Shown one piece after another: positions 8,238 to 14,151 of a stretch of DNA of 14,151 nucleotides; position 1 is the first letter of the stretch; every line of letters starts with the position of its first letter. The position numbers were made by a program, and so were the translations under genes. Source of the DNA: Candidatus Krumholzibacteriia bacterium (GTDB lineage: Bacteria > Krumholzibacteriota > Krumholzibacteriia > WVZY01); NCBI GenBank assembly GCA_046754105.1, contig JBHHVD010000079.1, forward strand, positions 1 to 14,151, given 5' to 3'. The notes beneath the pieces were generated by a model, which did not search any database, was not told the origin of the DNA, and saw only the letters and a list, made by a program, of their open reading frames with translations.

Positions 8238-8918
8238 ATGGAAATCGTACTCGCGACACGCAACCCGGACAAGGTCCGGGAAATCTCGGCCATCATGGCG
8301 CCGCTGGACCTCGTCATCGTCCCCCTCGAGCACTTCGGGCCGGTGCCCGAGGTGGTCGAGGACGGTGATACGCTGGAGGCGAACGCCCTCAAGAAGGCGC
8401 GCGTCGTCCGCGACGCCACGGGCCGGTGCGCGCTCGCCGACGACACCGGCCTGGAAGTGGACGCGCTCGGGGGCGCGCCGGGCATTTACTCGTCGCGGTA
8501 CGCCGGCGAGGATGCAACTTACGAGGACAATACCCGTAAGCTGTTGCAGGAGATGGCGCAGGTACCGCCGGCGCGGCGCGGCGCGCGTTTCCGCACGGTG
8601 GCGGCCCTCGCGCTCGTGCCCGAGGCCGCCGACCGTGTGCCGCGACGTTTACGAGAGCAATCGGGCGGCGACTCGGGTATGATGGACTCCGAGCGTCCCG
8701 ACGCGCTCGTCGGCGAGGGCATGCTCGAGGGCCGGATCGCCGGGGAGAGCCGCGGCACGAGCGGTTTCGGGTACGACCCGGTATTCGAGGCCGCCGGAGA
8801 CGGGAAGACGCTGGCCGAGATCGGTCTCGACGAGAAAAACCGCATCAGCCACCGCTACCGGGCGCTGGTGGAACTGCGAGAGTTGATGCTGCGCTGTGGG
8901 TTGTGCGGGGAACGGTGA
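8238..8918 (+). CDS. rdgB: dITP/XTP pyrophosphatase (HAM1 family)
   Basis: Motifs LATRNPDK, ANALKKA, ADDTGLEVDALGGAPGIYSSRY, GFGYDPVF and KNRISHR; located directly after rph. Confidence 0.96.
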   Translation: MEIVLATRNPDKVREISAIMAPLDLVIVPLEHFGPVPEVVEDGDTLEANALKKARVVRDATGRCALADDTGLEVDALGGAPGIYSSRYAGEDATYEDNTRKLLQEMAQVPPARRGARFRTVAALALVPEAADRVPRRLREQSGGDSGMMDSERPDALVGEGMLEGRIAGESRGTSGFGYDPVFEAAGDGKTLAEIGLDEKNRISHRYRALVELRELMLRCGLCGER

Positions 8919-9030
8919 CCGCGTCGTTCGGCGGGGGCGCCCCGCGGGCACGGCCGGCCGCAGACCGTATCCTGGCGGCTCTCTGCACGCGGCTCCGCGC
9001 GCGCGGGGCAAGTCATTCAAGGAGCATCCG

Positions 9031-9933
9031 GTGGGTACCGAATCGTTGATTCGAATCGACAACGTCTCCAAGTCGTTCAACGCCACACGCGCCGTCGATG
9101 GTGTATCGTTTTCCATCGACCGCGGCTCCATTTACGGCCTGCTGGGGCCGAACGGCGCCGGCAAGACCACCCTGATCCGCATGATCATGAAGATCATCTA
9201 CCCGGATTCGGGGGACATCGAGATATTCGGCGCGCCGCTGGCCGAGTCGGTCAAAGACCGGATCGGCTACCTGCCCGAGGAACGGGGCGTCTACCGCAAG
9301 ATGAAGACCCTCGATCTCCTGACCTTCTTCGGCGAAATCAAGTCGATGGCGAGGCGCGACGCGAGGAGCGCAGCGGGCGAGTGGCTCGAGCGCCTGAAGC
9401 TCGGCGGCGTCGCGCAGAAGAAGGCCGAAGAGCTCTCGAAGGGCATGCAGCAGAAGGTGCAGTTCATCGCCACGATCATGCACTCGCCGGAGCTCATCAT
9501 TCTCGATGAGCCGTTCTCCGGGCTGGATCCCAGGAACGCCGAGGTGCTCAAAGACATCATGCTCGAGTTTCACCGCAAGGGGCACACGATCATTTTTTCG
9601 ACCCACATGATGGAACAGGTGGAAAAACTCTGCCAGCAGATATGCCTCATCGACAAGGGCAAGCGCGTGCTCGACGGCGCGCTCGCTTCTATCAAGAAGA
9701 GCTACGGCCACAACGCGGTGACGATCCGTTTCGAAGGAGACGGGACCTTTCTCGGCAAGCTGCCGGAGGTCGAGAGCGTAAACGACCGCGGCAGCGAGCT
9801 CTTTCTGCGGCTGCGCGAGGGCGCCGACCCGCAGAGGATCCTCTCCAGCGCCGCCGGCAAGCTGGCGGTGCGGAAGTTCGAGATCTCTGAGCCGTCGATC
9901 CACGATATCTTTCTCGAACAGGTTTCCGGGTGA
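9031..9933 (+). CDS. ABC-2 exporter ATP-binding subunit (NatA/YhaQ-like)
   Basis: Walker A GPNGAGKTT, GYLPEERG, signature LSKGMQQK, Walker B IILDEPFSGLD, H-loop FSTH, C-terminal EPSIHDIF. SD AAGGAG precedes GTG 9031. Confidence 0.93.
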   Translation: MGTESLIRIDNVSKSFNATRAVDGVSFSIDRGSIYGLLGPNGAGKTTLIRMIMKIIYPDSGDIEIFGAPLAESVKDRIGYLPEERGVYRKMKTLDLLTFFGEIKSMARRDARSAAGEWLERLKLGGVAQKKAEELSKGMQQKVQFIATIMHSPELIILDEPFSGLDPRNAEVLKDIMLEFHRKGHTIIFSTHMMEQVEKLCQQICLIDKGKRVLDGALASIKKSYGHNAVTIRFEGDGTFLGKLPEVESVNDRGSELFLRLREGADPQRILSSAAGKLAVRKFEISEPSIHDIFLEQVSG

Positions 9934-11201
9934 TGGCGATGAAGGCCCATTTGATCATGAAGCGCGAGTACATGGAGAACATTCGCAAGAAGAGTTTTCT
10001 CATCAGTACCATCGTCGCGCCGATCCTGATGCTGGTGATCTACGCCATTCCGGTTCTGGCACTGTTCTTTGCTCCGTCGGAACGGGTGCGCATCGCGGTG
10101 CTGGATAGATCCGGCCACATCGCCCCCGAGTTCATCGCGAGCCTGACCGACACGCTGAAGGACGGCAGTCCAAAGTACGTCGCCACCGACGCCCGCCCGG
10201 CAGACGGAGATTTCGAACGGGCGAGGGAGGAGGCGGTGGCGCGAATCGGTACCGAGGAACTGGACGTCGCCCTCGAGATGCCCGAAGACGTGCTGGAAAC
10301 CGGCACCGTCAACTACGTATCCAAGAACGTACTCAACGAGGAGGTCACGCGCGCGCTCAAGGCGCGGCTGACGCCGATCGTCATTAAGCAGCGGTTCGCC
10401 CGCGAGGGGATCGCCTCGGACCGCATCGCGGCGCTCACACAGAGAGTCCGTTTCAACGAGCAGAAGATTACGAAATCGGGCATTCTCGAGGAGGAGGAAG
10501 TCGCCGGGGACCTCATTATCGGGGTCGTGTTCGTGATGATCCTCTATTTCATGTTGATCTCGTGGGGCCTGGCCGTGCAAAGAAGCGTCATCGAGGAGAA
10601 GAGCTCGCGCGTGATCGAGGTGATGCTAAGCTCGGTGGAGCCGCGCGACATGTTCATCGGCAAGATATTCGGTCTCGGCGCTCTGGGCTTTACGCAGATC
10701 GGTATCTGGTCGGTCATCATGATGACCCTCGCGTTCTCGACGTCGATGATGGCCGCACAGGTGTCGCGGTTCATCCAGATTTCGCCCGCCGAAATACTCT
10801 ACCTCGGCGTGTTCTTCGTGCTGGGGTTTTTGTTTTATGCATCGATCTTTACCATCATCGGGGCGGTGTGCAGCACCGAGCAGGACGCCCAGCAACTGCA
10901 GATGTTCGCCATGCTGCCCCTGATCGTGCCGCTGATGATGATGTTTTTCGTGATCGAGTACCCGGACTCGACCGTGGCCCTGGTGCTCTCCCTCATTCCT
11001 TTCTTCACGCCCATGTTGATGCTGGCACGGATCTCGGTGGCCGAGCCCCCGGTGTGGCAGATCCTGCTCAGCGTCGTCATTCTCGGTGTTTCGATCTACG
11101 GGGTCATCGTGTTCGCGGCGAAGGTCTTCCGCGTGGGTATCCTGATGTACGGAAAACGCCCGGGCTTGAAAGAGATCTGGCGCTGGTCGCGCTACGCGTG
11201 A
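9933..11201 (+). CDS. ABC-2 exporter permease (NatB/YhaP-like)
   Basis: N-terminal KREY...KSF plus one TM, a large extracytoplasmic loop, EEKSSRVIEVMLSS, GKIFG, several C-terminal TMs and FRVGILMYGK. TGATG overlap with the ATPase gene. Confidence 0.92.
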   Translation: MAMKAHLIMKREYMENIRKKSFLISTIVAPILMLVIYAIPVLALFFAPSERVRIAVLDRSGHIAPEFIASLTDTLKDGSPKYVATDARPADGDFERAREEAVARIGTEELDVALEMPEDVLETGTVNYVSKNVLNEEVTRALKARLTPIVIKQRFAREGIASDRIAALTQRVRFNEQKITKSGILEEEEVAGDLIIGVVFVMILYFMLISWGLAVQRSVIEEKSSRVIEVMLSSVEPRDMFIGKIFGLGALGFTQIGIWSVIMMTLAFSTSMMAAQVSRFIQISPAEILYLGVFFVLGFLFYASIFTIIGAVCSTEQDAQQLQMFAMLPLIVPLMMMFFVIEYPDSTVALVLSLIPFFTPMLMLARISVAEPPVWQILLSVVILGVSIYGVIVFAAKVFRVGILMYGKRPGLKEIWRWSRYA

Positions 11202-11209
11202 CGGACGGG

Positions 11210-11335
11210 CTTGGGGCGGACTCGGGGGCTTGTCTCCGTCACGTCGCCCGCTTCGCTCAGCTATCCGCCTTCGGCGGATGATCTTCGCTCGCTCCTGCGA
11301 ACGTTCCGTCGACAACCCCCGAGCCCGCCCTTGGG
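11210..11335. repeat. Structured intergenic repeat, copy 2 (same orientation as copy 1)
   Basis: Identical blocks at 11224-11240 and 11297-11319. Terminal stem GGGCGGACTCGGGGG-C-TTGTC / GACAA-CCCCCGAGCCCGCCC; internal hairpin ATCCGCC-TTC-GGCGGAT. Confidence 0.9.
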
Positions 11336-11365
11336 ACCTTTGCGGGTACGCGCGGGCGCGCGTCC

Positions 11366-11396
11366 TTGACAGCCGCGCGTATTTTATGTTTATACT
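11366..11396 (+). promoter_or_regulatory. Putative sigma70 promoter of tRNA-Pro
   Basis: Perfect TTGACA (11366-11371) and TATACT (11391-11396) with a long 19-nt spacer, about 20 nt upstream of the tRNA. Confidence 0.6.
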
Positions 11397-11415
11397 GACG
11401 TTTACAGCACTTTGT

Positions 11416-11493
11416 CGGGGCGTAGCGCAGTCCGGTTAGCGCACCTGCTTTGGGAGCAGGGGGTCGCGAGTTCAAATCTCGCCGCCCCGACCA
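11416..11493 (+). tRNA. tRNA-Pro(TGG), CCA encoded
   Basis: CGGGGCG-TA-GCGCAGTCCGGTTAGCGC-A-CCTGC TTTGGGA GCAGG-GGGTC-GCGAG TTCAAAT CTCGC-CGCCCCG-ACCA. Confidence 0.97.
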
Positions 11494-11543
11494 TGTCTTG
11501 ACGGCGGCGCCCGGTGCAACCGCCGCATCACGGGAGAGCCCAC

Positions 11544-12545
11544 GTGGAGTATCGCAACTTCGGCCGGACCGGCATGAAAGTGAGCCAGTTCGCGCTCGGG
11601 TGCATGAACTTCGGCGGCCGCAGCGGCGAGGAAGAATCCCTCGCCGTGATCGAGCGCGCCCTCGAGTGGGGTATTAATCTGCTCGATACGGCGAATGTCT
11701 ACAGCCAGGGCGCGAGTGAGGAGATCGTCGGCAAGGCGCTCAAGGCGAGCGGCCGGCGCGAGCGCATCATCGTGGCGACGAAGGTCCACGGCCGCACCGA
11801 CCACAAGGATCCCAACGCGCAGGGAAACCACCGGCGCCACATCGTAGCCGAGTGCGAGAAGTCGCTGCGGCGTCTCGGCACCGATACCATCGACCTCTAC
11901 CAGATCCACCGTCCGTGCGCGGACATTCCCATCGACGAGACGCTTCGCGCCCTTGACGACCTGATCAAGAGCGGCAAGGTGCGCTACATCGGCACCAGCA
12001 CCTTTGCCTCGTGGCAGATCATGGAGTCGCTGTGGGTGTCGAAGGAGTTGGGACTCAACCGCTTCGTCGCCGAGCAGCCGCCCTACCACCTGCTCGACCG
12101 CCGCGCCGAGCGCGAGCTGCTGCCGATGGCGATCACCTATGGGCTCGCCGTGCTGCCGTGGTCACCGCTGGCCGGCGGTATGCTGACCGGCAAGTACCGC
12201 CGCGGCGAGGCAGCGCCGGACGGCGCCCGCTTCCGGCGCAAGAACGACAAGGACCTGAACTTCAGCGACGCCGCCATGGACGTGGTGGACCTGGTTTGCG
12301 AAATGGCGAAAGAAAAGGAGTGCACGCCGGGCCAGCTCGCCCTCGCCTGGTGCGCGGGGCAGGACGGGGTGACGTGCCCCATCATCGGTCCGCGCACACT
12401 GGAGCAACTCGAGGACAACCTGGGCGCGGGCGACGTAACGCTCACCGACGACGACCGGCTCCGTATCGATGCGGTAGCTGCTCCCGGACGGGCCATCGTC
12501 CCGTACTATTTTGCCGACTTTGGACCCCACTGGTTCCGGTGGTGA
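11544..12545 (+). CDS. Aldo/keto reductase
   Basis: Motifs LGCMNFG, DTANVY, VATK, DLYQIH, GKVRYIG, PWSPLAGG and PIIGPRTLEQLEDN; the D-Y-K-H catalytic tetrad is present. GGAGA precedes GTG 11544. Confidence 0.95.
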   Translation: MEYRNFGRTGMKVSQFALGCMNFGGRSGEEESLAVIERALEWGINLLDTANVYSQGASEEIVGKALKASGRRERIIVATKVHGRTDHKDPNAQGNHRRHIVAECEKSLRRLGTDTIDLYQIHRPCADIPIDETLRALDDLIKSGKVRYIGTSTFASWQIMESLWVSKELGLNRFVAEQPPYHLLDRRAERELLPMAITYGLAVLPWSPLAGGMLTGKYRRGEAAPDGARFRRKNDKDLNFSDAAMDVVDLVCEMAKEKECTPGQLALAWCAGQDGVTCPIIGPRTLEQLEDNLGAGDVTLTDDDRLRIDAVAAPGRAIVPYYFADFGPHWFRW

Positions 12546-12679
12546 GATGTGCCGGGTGTGGACCGCCCCAGCGGGCGATTCGCCCGGATTGACCCGAATT
12601 CGACCGGGCCGGGTTGTGCGCGAATACCCCGTTCAATCGCCCCGGCTCCCGGCTCAAGAAAACTCCCACCCAAAAACCC

Positions 12680-12705
12680 CAAGTGTCAAATAAATTTGAC
12701 ACTTG
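12680..12705. promoter_or_regulatory. Perfect palindrome, probable enhancer (UAS) for a sigma54 activator
   Basis: CAAGTGTCAAAT-AA-ATTTGACACTTG (12-bp arms). The segment AAATTTGACACT is repeated exactly at 12779-12790. Confidence 0.7.
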
Positions 12706-12855
12706 TCGCATTTCGCATGCCTGTCGGAACTGCCCTAGTCCGAGTCGATTCACGCGGGAGCGGCCGAACCATTCACGGAAATTTGACACTCGTCCGTGCC
12801 CAATCGTCGCCGAGGAAGACGCCCAAAATGGCGCCCGCGTGTAAACCGGCACAAG

Positions 12856-12870
12856 TGGCATGTATCTTGC
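12856..12870 (+). promoter_or_regulatory. sigma54 (RpoN) -24/-12 promoter
   Basis: TGGCATG-TATC-TTGC against consensus TGGCACG-N4-TTGC, with exact GG-N10-GC spacing, about 90 nt upstream of ATG 12958. Confidence 0.75.
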
Positions 12871-12957
12871 CCATTACGGCGGTTTACGAGGCAATCCAGG
12901 GGGAGCGCCCACGAAACGTTCGTCACAAGCCGATCTACAAGATAAGGAACCACGGTT

Positions 12958-13875
12958 ATGCCCGACGTGACCACGAGGGAACTGGACGTCATCAAAGCGA
13001 CACCCGAGCCGACGCCGGTCGAGCTCAAGATACCGGCGTACATGAACTGGTTTATGATGATCACCGCGATCGTCATCGCCGGTGTGGGTATTGCCATCGT
13101 CATACCCCCGCTCCTTAGCGAGCGGCTGGCCGCCGTGTGGCCCTGGCCCAAGACCCAGGTGGTGGTCATCTTCATGCTGTGCCTGACCATGGTATCCCTC
13201 GTCGCGCTGGCGCACCAGCACCGGTACATGGGCGCCATCCACCGGGCGTACAAGCGGTCGCAGGGAGAGGTGCTCGAGCACGCGCGGCGTAACGCCACCC
13301 GCCTCTACGCATTATCGAACGTGAGCCACATGATGGCCGCGTCCACCAGTTTTCAGGAAGTCCTCGATCACGTCACGCGAATGTGCATGAAGGTTTTCAA
13401 ATGCGATCAGGCTTCCCTCATGTTGCTCGACGAAACCCAGGAACTCGTTGTCAAGTCCGTCGGTGATGATACGATCGAAAAGAACATGCTGAACGCCCGC
13501 CAGAAGGTCGGCGAGGGAATTGCCGGCTGGGCGGCGGAAAAGCGCCAGGCGCTTCTTCTCGGACGCAATTGCGACATCAACGAGTATCCTGGTTTGAAGC
13601 TCAGGTCCCCATCAATCTCGGCCGCCATGGTAGTCCCGATCGTCCTCAGGGACGACGTTGTTGGCGTCCTCAACGTCAGTACCCGATCCCAAGACGTTGA
13701 TTACGACGAAGAGGACATTCGGGCCCTCGAGGTTTTTGCCGAGAACGTGGGGACGTGTATCCGACACACCCAGCAGGCGGACTGGATGAGGCAGACCATC
13801 CACAGCCTGCAAAAGACGCTCAAGGAACGGGCCGAAGCCGGCGCAGCCGAGATCTCGGATCCCGTCGAGAGCTAA
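12958..13875 (+). CDS. Membrane protein: two TM helices, helical linker and a GAF domain, with no output domain
   Basis: TM segments WFMMITAIVIAGVGIAIVI and VVVIFMLCLTMVSLVALA. GAF motifs ASLMLLD, KVGEGIAGWAA, SAAMVVPI....VVGVLNV and YDEEDIRALEVFA. SD AAGGA. Confidence 0.88.
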   Translation: MPDVTTRELDVIKATPEPTPVELKIPAYMNWFMMITAIVIAGVGIAIVIPPLLSERLAAVWPWPKTQVVVIFMLCLTMVSLVALAHQHRYMGAIHRAYKRSQGEVLEHARRNATRLYALSNVSHMMAASTSFQEVLDHVTRMCMKVFKCDQASLMLLDETQELVVKSVGDDTIEKNMLNARQKVGEGIAGWAAEKRQALLLGRNCDINEYPGLKLRSPSISAAMVVPIVLRDDVVGVLNVSTRSQDVDYDEEDIRALEVFAENVGTCIRHTQQADWMRQTIHSLQKTLKERAEAGAAEISDPVES

Positions 13876-14048
13876 CGCGCAACGCGCCGGCCAACGAGCG
13901 AGTCTTCCAAATTCGGCGACTGGGAGCGGCCGGATCGTGCTCCCCGTGTGATCGATCCCTTTTCTCCCGCCCCGGTGAGTGCCTCCGCTTTGGTCTTGCG
14001 AACCGGGCCCCGCTTATTACATTATCCTCACCGCGAACGACTACGGTT

Positions 14049-14057
14049 TGCTAGAAT
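14049..14057 (+). promoter_or_regulatory. Possible extended -10 promoter of tRNA-Arg
   Basis: TG-C-TAGAAT about 55 nt upstream of the tRNA. A second candidate is TTGCGA (13996-14001), 16 nt, TACATT (14018-14023). Confidence 0.45.
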
Positions 14058-14110
14058 ACATGCGTGGCCCTGGCAGGCCGCTGCCCGCGGCGGTCGCAGC
14101 GGGCCGATGC

Positions 14111-14151
14111 GACCCCGTAGCTCAGTTGGATAGAGCAGCAGACTTCTAATC
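14111..14151 (+). tRNA. tRNA-Arg(TCT), 3'-truncated by the window end
   Basis: GACCCCG-TA-GCTC AGTTGGATA GAGC-A-GCAGA CTTCTAA TC...; D-arm and anticodon loop TCT are visible. Confidence 0.88.

Noticed and set aside
4326..11335. CRISPR array or IS ends
   Set aside because: Only two copies, 7 kb apart, enclosing housekeeping genes. No spacer periodicity, cas gene or transposase.
12572..12586. CGGGCGA-T-TCGCCCG palindrome after the AKR gene
   Set aside because: Short GC-rich palindrome without a U-tract; not supportable as a terminator or operator.
12684..12788. sigma70 promoters based on the perfect TTGACA hexamers (12696 and 12783 on +, 12689 on -)
   Set aside because: No -10 hexamer at about 17-nt spacing for any of them. 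They are better explained as arms of the palindromic binding site.
12911..12931. Third, degenerate copy of the repeat (CGAAACGTTCGTCACAAGCC); also TTCCGTCGA at 4232-4240
   Set aside because: Short, gapped similarity without the partner arm; compatible with chance.
11494..14110. Genomic island integrated at tRNA-Pro
   Set aside because: No integrase. Only a 7-nt CCGCCCC echo of the tRNA 3' end near 12563, and the AKR gene looks host-like in composition.

Overview
GC-rich bacterial chromosome segment, mostly core genes on the + strand. In order: (1) the tail of a lower-GC surface-polysaccharide locus (partial GT4, GT2, WcaL-like GT4) ending convergently at tRNA-Leu(CAG); (2) smpB, apparently leaderless; (3) a probable operon of N-acetylmuramoyl-L-alanine amidase, GerMN protein, murI, rph, rdgB, ABC ATPase and ABC-2 permease; (4) tRNA-Pro(TGG) and an aldo/keto reductase; (5) a 2-TM + GAF protein with no output domain, behind a sigma54-type promoter and a perfect 12-bp enhancer-like palindrome; (6) a tRNA-Arg(TCT) cut by the window end. 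The least explained signal is a ~120-bp structured intergenic repeat present twice in direct orientation (~4326-4442 and ~11210-11335), bracketing the amidase-to-ABC block. On the minus strand it folds into a long stem with a compensatory change, tandem G-A pairs and GAA-triloop hairpins, like a REP-type ssDNA element or structured RNA. No transposase, integrase, CRISPR array or tmRNA is visible. All calls come from reading the sequence by eye; no searches were run.
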